From contig NZ_NFMA01000003.1 of assembly GCF_002161175.1 (NCBI RefSeq), forward strand, positions 47,770-71,769: a stretch of DNA of 24,000 nt, read 5' to 3'. The notes below the pieces were generated by a model. That model saw nothing but the letters and a program-made list of their open reading frames with translations, was not told the DNA's origin and did not search any database. A program made the translations under genes and the position numbers. Position 1 is the stretch's first letter. Each line of letters begins with the position of its first letter. Source of the stretch: Flavonifractor sp. An100 (GTDB taxonomy: Bacteria > Bacillota > Clostridia > Oscillospirales > Oscillospiraceae). This document shows positions 14,599-21,933 of the stretch, piece by piece.

Positions 14599-14805
14599 GT
14601 GATTTCTTATGAAAAATTGTGGGTGACTATGAAGAAACGAGGAATCACGCAATATGCGCTGATAAAGAAATATGGCATAAGCCCTGCACAGATTACAAGG
14701 CTAAAAAGGAATGAAAGTGTAAGCACTCATACCATTGAAGTATTTTGCAAAATCCTTGATTGTGGAGTCGAGGATGTGATGGAATATATTCAAGATGAAA
14801 CGTAA
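14599..14805 (+). CDS. XRE/Cro-type helix-turn-helix transcriptional regulator (68 aa)
   Basis: I prefer the GTG at 14599, about 10 nt after AAGGGGG. The N-terminus (M)ISYEKLWVTMKKRGITQYALIKKYGISPAQITRLKRNESVSTHTIEVFCKILDCGVEDVMEY matches the common short HTH family that begins with ISYxKLW. Confidence 0.75.
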   Translation: MISYEKLWVTMKKRGITQYALIKKYGISPAQITRLKRNESVSTHTIEVFCKILDCGVEDVMEYIQDET

Positions 14806-14909
14806 AATTAGCAAAACGAGGGTGATATGTAGATAGCTGCATCGTTCTCTACTTTAACTGTAATTAGTTTTCCGGCAGTCCCAAAAACGTAATGTCCGAA
14901 ACGAAAAAT

Positions 14910-14944
14910 GCGGGGTGCTATGGTTCAATGCCATAGCACCCCGC
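14910..14944 (-). terminator. Rho-independent terminator at the end of the conjugation operon
   Basis: A 14-bp perfect stem, GCGGGGTGCTATGG ttcaatg CCATAGCACCCCGC, is followed on the minus strand by ATTTTTCGTTTCGG. Confidence 0.75.
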
Positions 14945-14948
14945 TTCA

Positions 14949-15158
14949 TTATCCAATCAGAAGTTTTCTCGCCTGTTCTCCATTCCTGCACCTTCGGTGA
15001 AGGATATACCAAGCCGCTTCTTTCCACTCCCAATCTGAGTAGGCGGTAATATCAACGTCGTTCAGCTGAGGAAAATGCCGATCAGATTTGGGAAGGAATC
15101 TCAAATCAGATATGTTGGCGCAGTTTTTCTGCTTTGCCAGTAGCGCCACAAGTTCCAT
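14949..15158 (-). CDS. Small hypothetical protein (69 aa) coupled to the peptidase gene
   Basis: Its ATG overlaps the peptidase stop (TAATG at 15156-15160), and GGAGGTG lies just upstream. No recognisable motif. Confidence 0.45.
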   Translation of the reverse strand: MELVALLAKQKNCANISDLRFLPKSDRHFPQLNDVDITAYSDWEWKEAAWYILHRRCRNGEQARKLLIG

Positions 15159-17323
15159 TACGCACCTCCATAAAAGACTGGTCTGCCGATGGTAGTAAAT
15201 CCCTCCTGTCCAGTGATGACCACATTGTTGGCGCTGAAGGCACAGTGGACGATCAGAATATTGCCGCTCTCGTCCCAGCCGCAGACGATTCCAACATGGG
15301 TATCCTCCGGGTAAAAAACCAGATCACCGATCTGCGCCTCCGCCCAAGAGATACTGGTACAGTAGCCGTGCTGCGCCATAGCGCCACCGCCATGACCGAT
15401 GATGTACTCACCGCCTGTGGCGTTGTAAAACACCCAGTCCACGAACCCGGAACAGTCCAGGCCATAGGGCCGGTAGGTGCCCGTGGTGCTGTTCCCTGCC
15501 GCCGTGACCTCTGTGAGCCGCCCCCAGCGGCTGTCCCAGCCCAAGACAAGGCTTTTACCGCCCCAGAAGTAGTTGACCTTCCCCACAAGGGAACAGGCCG
15601 CACGGATGACCGCCTCACGCTCTGGGGACAGATCCTCTGGCAAATTCAAAAGGACATCCTTGGCATCGGCGGTTATGTTCATCAGACTTCCAATCAAGTC
15701 CGCCAACATTTCACGTTCCTCCAGCAATTCCTGAAGCATCTCAAGTTGCTGAGTCGTAAAGTTATATTCCGCAGCCGCTTCTTCTGCCGTTTTGCCTGTA
15801 ATGGTGATGTGGAGGATTCGCTCTGTGTATCCGTCATCGGCTCCTTCACTGCTTTCCGGGTGGTCAATTTCGTCTACCTCATGGATAATGGTATTCATAT
15901 CCCAAAAGACTGCCTCCAGCCGGTCGATCCGGTTTTCATCCAGCGTAACTACGTCTGTGGCGTCTGTGTCATTGCTGCCGGCAACCTTTACCGCAAAGAC
16001 AGCGAGTACATCAACCCAGTCCGCTCCGGTTCCCTCAATCACAACATCGTCATAGCTCTCCGCTGTCTGCAATTCCTCCAGGGTTTCATTGTAGGCATAG
16101 TTGACCTGGGCCACGGCAACCGATACGGGTACACCGTCCTGACTGCCACCCCCCGCAAAGAAAATGCCGAAGGGGGACGCTGCAATAGCGGCCACAAGGA
16201 TCAGGCAGAGGAGCACGATCAGCAGGATCACACCTCCGCCAGCAGCCAGAACACCCTTAACCGCAGCCAGGGCCACCCGCCCGACTGCCTGGGCAAACCG
16301 CATGGTGAGTTTTCCAGCCTTGACCGCAGCCTGTTTTGTCCGCTGACCGGCCTTCTTGACCATTTCTTTCTGTGCCCTCCGGCGGGCCAGGGCCTTAGCC
16401 TGCTGCGCCGGGGACAGCTGCCGCTGGACGGTCTTGCTGCGCTGAAAGGGTGTCTTTCTTTTTTGCAGCGCCGTCCCCAGTTTTGGCCGGTTTCCATCCA
16501 CTTTAAGAGAGCGGGTCACTTTACTGCTGGGTTTCTGGCCCAAAGTTTTTGGGTTCCTGTCTTTTCCGGCTGGTATCCTAAAATCCGGTGTTTCTCTCTG
16601 GCTCACGGGGGACTGAACACCGTTCCGCCGAGGCTTGTCAAAAGAACCGGCGTTTTTATTGCCCGCATTAGGAAGGGGGCGTTCGCCGCCACCAGGGGGT
16701 TCGTGTCTGTTTGGTTCTGTTAAGTGGGATTGATCTCTCGTACTAAATTTAATCTGCTCCGCTTTCTTTGCCTTTGACCGCTGAGCATCCTTGATGGCTT
16801 TTTTGCGTCCGAGTTCCTTTTGCCTTCCTCCTATATTTTGTGTGTCGCCATTTAGTCGAGCACTATTAGTTGTGGAAAAATCGGTGGAAGTTGTGGACAA
16901 GTCATGCCGATAGTATTTTGTGGGCGATTCGGCCCTTCCATAGCTGTCGAAATGGTTTGAATCCAAAGGGGTGTCAGTGTTTGTTTCCAACACTTCGCCG
17001 GGGGTGTTTGGAGGTTGAGAACTGCTTGTCTGAGGCTGTTCTGACACAGTGTTCTTATCCTGTGTCACTTTCTTCCGGCGACGTCGAACAAACTCTTTTT
17101 TTACCTTTTGCTTGAGGGCGTCACCTGCGGTTCTTGCCACCCGCTTTCCGCCGCCCTCCACATGATCGGTAGCATAACGCACCGGGTCTTTCTGGCCCGG
17201 TGCGTTGCGTTCTTGCTGCTCCTGGTACTTCTCCTTGATGATGGACTTGGCTTCTTTGGGAACAAAGCCGGAAGTTTTCACTTTCGGCTTATCCATGGAG
17301 CCTTTTTTCTTAATATCAGCCAT
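15158..17323 (-). CDS. Conjugation-associated cell-wall hydrolase, NlpC/P60 (C40) peptidase domain (CD1108-family-like)
   Basis: 721 aa. About 350 aa of basic low-complexity N-terminus precede one TM helix (VILLIVLLCLILVAAIAASPF). The C-terminal catalytic motifs are GLDCSGFVDWVFYN and HVGIVCGWDESG. Confidence 0.85.
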   Translation of the reverse strand: MADIKKKGSMDKPKVKTSGFVPKEAKSIIKEKYQEQQERNAPGQKDPVRYATDHVEGGGKRVARTAGDALKQKVKKEFVRRRRKKVTQDKNTVSEQPQTSSSQPPNTPGEVLETNTDTPLDSNHFDSYGRAESPTKYYRHDLSTTSTDFSTTNSARLNGDTQNIGGRQKELGRKKAIKDAQRSKAKKAEQIKFSTRDQSHLTEPNRHEPPGGGERPLPNAGNKNAGSFDKPRRNGVQSPVSQRETPDFRIPAGKDRNPKTLGQKPSSKVTRSLKVDGNRPKLGTALQKRKTPFQRSKTVQRQLSPAQQAKALARRRAQKEMVKKAGQRTKQAAVKAGKLTMRFAQAVGRVALAAVKGVLAAGGGVILLIVLLCLILVAAIAASPFGIFFAGGGSQDGVPVSVAVAQVNYAYNETLEELQTAESYDDVVIEGTGADWVDVLAVFAVKVAGSNDTDATDVVTLDENRIDRLEAVFWDMNTIIHEVDEIDHPESSEGADDGYTERILHITITGKTAEEAAAEYNFTTQQLEMLQELLEEREMLADLIGSLMNITADAKDVLLNLPEDLSPEREAVIRAACSLVGKVNYFWGGKSLVLGWDSRWGRLTEVTAAGNSTTGTYRPYGLDCSGFVDWVFYNATGGEYIIGHGGGAMAQHGYCTSISWAEAQIGDLVFYPEDTHVGIVCGWDESGNILIVHCAFSANNVVITGQEGFTTIGRPVFYGGA

Positions 17324-17326
17324 GGC

Positions 17327-19681
17327 TTATCCCTCGCCCGGACGAGTGCTCATCAAGCGGTACAGTTCCGTATCCTTGGGAAAGTCGTTGACAAAGGGGA
17401 CGATGGCCCCGCCGACTTTGATCAGACCGTGACCGGCGGGAGCATTATTGACATGATCCATCTGTGTATCCGAGGTGCCCAGCAGTTTGGCCAACTCCAT
17501 CCGATCCGTAGCCGCCTGGTTGAACATGAGGAGGAATTCACTGTTTGCAAACATGAGTTTTGCCGTTTCGGATCGCAGACACTCCTCCACGTTCTGAGTG
17601 ATCCCGGTCAGCATCGCACCATACTTCCTGAACCGTTTCCAACACTTATAGAGGAATTCACCGCTGTACTGGTTGATACTGCTCTGGCCCCTCCCAGAGC
17701 CGCTGGAAAAGAACAGATAAATCTCGTCGATATAGACGTGAGTGTACCGGCCCTGCTGCCGGTTACGGATGACACGGTTGAAAATGGCGTCCAGCATGAC
17801 CAACAGGCCCACGGGCTTGAGGTTCTCGCCCAAATCCTGAATGTCAAAGCAAAGCAGCCGGTTATTGGAGTTGATATTGGTCTGATGAGAGAACACATTG
17901 AGGGTGCCGGTGGTAAACAGCTCCAAGGCCAGGGCAATGTCGTGGGCGGCAGGCTCTTTCTGCATCATCAGATCACGGTGCAAGTCCTTCAAAGTGGGAG
18001 GCTCCCCCTTAAAGTCCTTGATGTATTCCCGGTAGATATTGGCCGTACAGCGGTCGATAATGGATTTTTCTTTGGCCCCAATTTCCTGATTGCCCATCAG
18101 CTGCTCACATAGAGACATGATGAACTCGCTTTTCAGTACCAGGGGATTCTTGCCGTCACCATATTCCGCCGACAAGTCCAGGGCGTTGATGTAACTGCAC
18201 TGGTCGCTGGAGGCCGAGATGGTGATGACCTCACCTCCCAGCGCCCGAACAAGAGGGCCGTACTCTCGCTCCGGGTCAACCACAATGATGTCGTGGTCTG
18301 TGCCAAGCATCAGGGAGGTCAGCTCCTGCTTTGCTGCCATGGACTTACCGGAGCCAGAGACACCCAGGATAAAGCCGTTGCCGTTGAGTAGGTTGGCCCG
18401 GTTGCAGATAATGAGGTTGTGGGACACGGCATTGACACCATAGTAAACGCCGCCCTTATCCTGGATCTCCTGGGCCTTGAAAGGCATGAGGACGGCGGTA
18501 CTTTCGGTGGTCAGGCTACGCATAGCGTCCACCCGCTGGAGGCCGTAGGGCAGGACAGTGTTAAGTCCGTCCTCCTGCTGGTATTTGAGGGTGGAGATCT
18601 GACAACCACGGCCCTGGCCAATAGAAACCAGAGTTTCGGTGTCCTGATCCAGCTGCTCCAGCGTGTCGGCCAGATGGGTGATGGTCACCTGTCCCAGCAT
18701 CAGGCCCTGGTCACGGGTGGTTACATCGTCCATCAGTTCACGGGTCTGGAGGCGGCTTTGCTCCAGGTGGTACGGGATGGTGGCGTTGAAATTGTTGAGG
18801 GAATTCTGCCGCTGGGTAAAGCGGCCTACGTCCGATTCAATGGCCATAATCCGCCGCTGGATCTCCTTCACCACTTCATCGGTGGGAATGGGCAGAAGGT
18901 TGATGGAGATCATCATGTTCCGGGGCAGGTCACTCAGCTCCGTAATCATCTCATCCTTAATGAAACTGGCATAATCCCGGAGAAACAGGACACGGCCCAC
19001 CTGATCTCCAATCTCATAGTGGTCTTTATAGAAAGTCATGCAGTCCGGGGCAATGGCGTCCCGGAAGTCATTACCCCTGTGAGCGATGCGGTTGAGATCG
19101 AAGTAAAAGTCCGGGTCATTGGGACGGAAGAAGTCATGGAACAGCCGCATACGCTCCACCACGTTGGTATCTCGCACCATAACATCCATGCGAGACAGGT
19201 AGGTGCTCAATTCTGTGCCCACACGATTAAAGAAGGCACGGGCCTCCTCAATGTTTTTCCGCTCCACAGAGATGGTGATGTACTTCTCCTGGGTGAGATT
19301 GTTGCTGTTTGCCGCATTTTCTGTCAGAATGTCATTGTATTCCACCCGGTAACGATCCTTGCCGTCGCCAGCCATCTGCATCAGCAGGTTGCGGCTAAAC
19401 TCCTGCTGGTTCATGGTGCGGTTAAACAGGGTGATCTTCACCAGCGCCCGCACCGGCAGGGAGTTGAGGAAAGCGCAGTAGCTGAGGAACAGCGCCTCCT
19501 TCTTTTCCGGCCCAGCTACCGCATAATTGACATCAAAAAATCTCCAGGTCTTGGAGTAAAGACCGGCGACTTCAAAGACACCATCCTTATGCACTTTTTT
19601 GATGGGGATTGACTGCTGGACGCTGCGGGGGATAAAAAACTTTTCGAGATTGGGGTTCTTCCCCTTAAAGGGCTTAATCAT
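17327..19681 (-). CDS. VirB4-like conjugal transfer ATPase (CD1110-family-like)
   Basis: 784 aa. Walker A is GVSGSGKSMAAKQE and the Walker B region is YTHVYIDEIYLFF. The position between the PrgI-like gene and the peptidase is typical. Confidence 0.9.
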   Translation of the reverse strand: MIKPFKGKNPNLEKFFIPRSVQQSIPIKKVHKDGVFEVAGLYSKTWRFFDVNYAVAGPEKKEALFLSYCAFLNSLPVRALVKITLFNRTMNQQEFSRNLLMQMAGDGKDRYRVEYNDILTENAANSNNLTQEKYITISVERKNIEEARAFFNRVGTELSTYLSRMDVMVRDTNVVERMRLFHDFFRPNDPDFYFDLNRIAHRGNDFRDAIAPDCMTFYKDHYEIGDQVGRVLFLRDYASFIKDEMITELSDLPRNMMISINLLPIPTDEVVKEIQRRIMAIESDVGRFTQRQNSLNNFNATIPYHLEQSRLQTRELMDDVTTRDQGLMLGQVTITHLADTLEQLDQDTETLVSIGQGRGCQISTLKYQQEDGLNTVLPYGLQRVDAMRSLTTESTAVLMPFKAQEIQDKGGVYYGVNAVSHNLIICNRANLLNGNGFILGVSGSGKSMAAKQELTSLMLGTDHDIIVVDPEREYGPLVRALGGEVITISASSDQCSYINALDLSAEYGDGKNPLVLKSEFIMSLCEQLMGNQEIGAKEKSIIDRCTANIYREYIKDFKGEPPTLKDLHRDLMMQKEPAAHDIALALELFTTGTLNVFSHQTNINSNNRLLCFDIQDLGENLKPVGLLVMLDAIFNRVIRNRQQGRYTHVYIDEIYLFFSSGSGRGQSSINQYSGEFLYKCWKRFRKYGAMLTGITQNVEECLRSETAKLMFANSEFLLMFNQAATDRMELAKLLGTSDTQMDHVNNAPAGHGLIKVGGAIVPFVNDFPKDTELYRLMSTRPGEG

Positions 19682-20019
19682 TTCCTTTTTCCCTCCTGTC
19701 GCTTGGTTTCAGGGATAAAGCGGTTTTGTGATTTCCAAACACGGTGATTGGACAGCAGAAAGCAGGACTTGAACCACACCCAGGCGAATTTCTCCAGCTT
19801 CATGCCGTTATACTGGAAAAAGCCAGCCACCGCAAAAGGAGCGGCTCCCAGAATACAGATCCAGCTCACCGATTCCCGGCCCATGAATCTGCTAAGTAAA
19901 GCATACAGCCCCAGAGCGGTTCCAACCGACAGGACGGAGCAGAAAAACTGCCGCATGGTCAGGCCGAAGAAGATAGTTTCCTGATAGGTCAGGATTTCCT
20001 TGTTGATTTTGATTTCCAT
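19678..20019 (-). CDS. PrgI-family small membrane protein of Gram-positive T4SS
   Basis: 113 aa. It begins KINKEILTYQETIFFGLTMRQFFCSVLSV and has two hydrophobic helices. Its stop overlaps the VirB4 start. Confidence 0.65.
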   Translation of the reverse strand: MEIKINKEILTYQETIFFGLTMRQFFCSVLSVGTALGLYALLSRFMGRESVSWICILGAAPFAVAGFFQYNGMKLEKFAWVWFKSCFLLSNHRVWKSQNRFIPETKRQEGKRK

Positions 20020-20022
20020 AGA

Positions 20023-20862
20023 TCACACTCCAAACATTTCTTTGGCAATGCGGTCGGCGGCTTTTACAAGCCCAACCAGCACCAAAAGGTTGAAAATCGT
20101 TTCGCCCAGATAGCTCCAGACCTGAGTGATAACGGATGTTTCTGCGTCAATGACGGGTGTTCCGCTGGAAACATAGGCCGTAAAGATAATGCAGGCCAGC
20201 ACCACCACGGCCCCCTCCATGCAGACACCGATATAGCTTTTGAGAAAGGACTTGCCGATAAAGGAAGTGCTTTCTCCCGCAAAGGAAGATAGAGCAATGG
20301 GCGAAAGAGCCGCATACATATAGAGCTTGAAAAATCGGCCATAGACCGTGAGGATCATAATAAATGCCAATACAGTGATAAACAAGCTGCCCAGCAATGT
20401 GACCAGCCACAGAGGGATGCTCTCCAGGAAACCCAGGCTGTTGATGGCATCTATCATTTCCGTTGGCATGGTAATAGATGCTCCATCGGCACCGCCGATA
20501 CTGCCCGCTGCGGTTGCCACAATGCCATTGCATACCGCAAAGATTTTCGTCAGAAAATCCAGTCCGTAGGTAATGGCCACCTTCGCCAACACAAATTGGA
20601 TCAGGTGGCGCACCACATATTCCGGTCGTTGGAAGTCCCGGAAGCTGGCAGCACTCCGAAAAAGGCTGATAGCAAAGAACAGTACCAGAAGGCCATAACC
20701 GATGGCCTGCATACCGCCATTGATGGTGACGATAGTGCTCCAGATCGTGCCGCCCTTGAAGGTTTCCGGCGACTGGGTCAGCAGGCCCCACATTTCCTCC
20801 ATTTTGGTGTTCCATGTGGTAAATGCGTTTTGAAGGTTGTCTACAACCCAGTTGTTGTCCAA
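20023..20862 (-). CDS. Polytopic membrane protein, VirB6/TrbL-like (CD0415/CD1112-family-like)
   Basis: 279 aa with several TM segments. The TTG start at 20862 is preceded by GGAGGTGA with a 5-nt spacer. The other-frame ORF 20147..20872 was rejected. Confidence 0.7.
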   Translation of the reverse strand: MDNNWVVDNLQNAFTTWNTKMEEMWGLLTQSPETFKGGTIWSTIVTINGGMQAIGYGLLVLFFAISLFRSAASFRDFQRPEYVVRHLIQFVLAKVAITYGLDFLTKIFAVCNGIVATAAGSIGGADGASITMPTEMIDAINSLGFLESIPLWLVTLLGSLFITVLAFIMILTVYGRFFKLYMYAALSPIALSSFAGESTSFIGKSFLKSYIGVCMEGAVVVLACIIFTAYVSSGTPVIDAETSVITQVWSYLGETIFNLLVLVGLVKAADRIAKEMFGV

Positions 20863-20916
20863 ATTGATTCACCTCCAGGTGATAGAGTTTTGGATATGGT
20901 TAGATTATCTGCCGCC

Positions 20917-20945
20917 TTGATAATGTGGCGTAATTGTGATAAAAT
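20917..20945 (+). promoter_or_regulatory. Strong promoter TTGATA-17 nt-(TGa)TAAAAT for the TA cassette
   Basis: The -35 is at 20917-20922 and the -10 at 20940-20945, with an extended TG at 20937-20938. The AAAGGGGG SD and the ATG at 20974 follow. Confidence 0.55.
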
Positions 20946-20973
20946 ATAGCCATGTCAGAAAGGGGGCTTTTCT

Positions 20974-21243
20974 ATGCTGGATATTCGCCCGGTTTCCGAT
21001 CTGCGCAACAAATTCAGCGAGATTGAGGAAACGGTCAAGAGCGGTCAGCCGGTTTACCTGACCAAAAATGGCTACGGTTCCATGGTGGTGCTCAGCCTGG
21101 AGCAATATGCCGCATTGACGGATGAAGTGGAGCTGCGCCTGGACGAAGCTGACCGGGCTGCGGCGGCAGACAGTGTCCGCTATACGGAAGAAGAAGTGTT
21201 TGGCAGAGTGAGGAGTCGGCTCCATGAACGGAAAGCACTATAA
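20974..21243 (+). CDS. Phd/YefM-family type II antitoxin
   Basis: 89 aa. MLDIRPVSDLRNKFSEIEETVKSGQPVYLTKNGYGSMVVLSLEQYAAL is the canonical Phd/YefM N-terminal fold sequence. It overlaps the toxin gene by 20 nt. Confidence 0.85.
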   Translation: MLDIRPVSDLRNKFSEIEETVKSGQPVYLTKNGYGSMVVLSLEQYAALTDEVELRLDEADRAAAADSVRYTEEEVFGRVRSRLHERKAL

Positions 21244-21538
21244 GCTGCGGTTTTTGCCATTATTTGAAGATGACCTAGCAGGCATTGTGGACTATATTGC
21301 ATATCGTTTGAAGAACCCCATAGCGGCTGACCAGTTAGTGGATGCCGTTCAGGAGGCCATTCGAGAGCGCACCACCTGTGCGGAAGCGTTTGAGCCGTAT
21401 CACTCGGCAAAGGAGCGGCAATATCCGTACTACCGGATCTACGTGAAAAACTATGTCATTTTTTACGTTGTGATCGGAGATATAATGGAGGTGCGCCGCA
21501 TCCTCTACAATCGTCGGAATATCCCGGAGCATATTTAA
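21224..21538 (+). CDS. RelE/ParE-family type II toxin
   Basis: 104 aa. YKLRFLPLFEDDLAGIVDYIAYRLKNPIAADQLVDAVQEAI...VIFYVVIGDIMEVRRILYNRRN matches the ParE/RelE pattern. It sits immediately downstream of the antitoxin. Confidence 0.8.
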   Translation: MNGKHYKLRFLPLFEDDLAGIVDYIAYRLKNPIAADQLVDAVQEAIRERTTCAEAFEPYHSAKERQYPYYRIYVKNYVIFYVVIGDIMEVRRILYNRRNIPEHI

Positions 21539-21540
21539 GC

Positions 21541-21574
21541 GCAGCCGGTCTGTCAGCGATGGCAGACCGGCTGC
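21541..21574 (+). terminator. Rho-independent terminator of the TA cassette, shared with the convergent Maff2-like gene
   Basis: GCAGCCGGTCTG tcagcgatgg CAGACCGGCTGC is followed by TTCTTTTCTC. Confidence 0.75.
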
Positions 21575-21582
21575 TTCTTTTC

Positions 21583-21933
21583 TCAGATAGCGCCGATGGT
21601 GGTCAGGATCTCCTTGGCGAAGGCAATCATCAGCCCACCGAACAGGCAAAGGAAGCCCTGGGTGCGCTGGCTGGCATCATGGGACTGTATGCTCATGCCA
21701 ACCTGGACAACGCCCCAGCCCAGGATGATGACGCCGATGGCTTTGATGATATTGAAAATGAAGTCGGAAAGGCTGTTGACGATAGTCAACGGATCAGAAC
21801 CAGCAGCCATAGCGGGCACCGTGCAGAGCGTAAAGGCCAGAACCGTAAGGGCCCCTGCGAAGTAGCGCCGTCTGACACGGCGGCACAGCGTGTTGGGCTG
21901 CTCATTCTTCTTCATCTTCATCAGGATTTTCAT
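21583..21933 (-). CDS. Maff2-family small membrane protein of conjugative elements
   Basis: I trimmed the track ORF to the ATG at 21933 (GGAGGAA 9 nt upstream). There is a signal-like segment FAGALTVLAFTLCTVPAMAAG, and then IIKAIGVIILGWGVVQVGMSIQSHDASQRTQGFLCLFGGLMIAFA is typical of Maff2. It overlaps the VirD4 3' end by 32 nt. Confidence 0.65.
   Translation of the reverse strand: MKILMKMKKNEQPNTLCRRVRRRYFAGALTVLAFTLCTVPAMAAGSDPLTIVNSLSDFIFNIIKAIGVIILGWGVVQVGMSIQSHDASQRTQGFLCLFGGLMIAFAKEILTTIGAI

Noticed and set aside
15134-16723. A 529-aa plus-strand ORF opposite the NlpC/P60 gene, plus 17108..18112 and 18419..19612 opposite VirB4
   Set aside because: These are shadow ORFs antisense to genes with clear catalytic and Walker motifs. 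The translations are compositionally biased and lack start signals.
20147-20872. A 241-aa alternative-frame minus ORF overlapping the VirB6-like gene
   Set aside because: The 20023..20862 frame gives a coherent polytopic membrane protein with a well-spaced GGAGGTGA SD. The alternative frame is a G/H/R/C-rich sequence with no coherent pattern.
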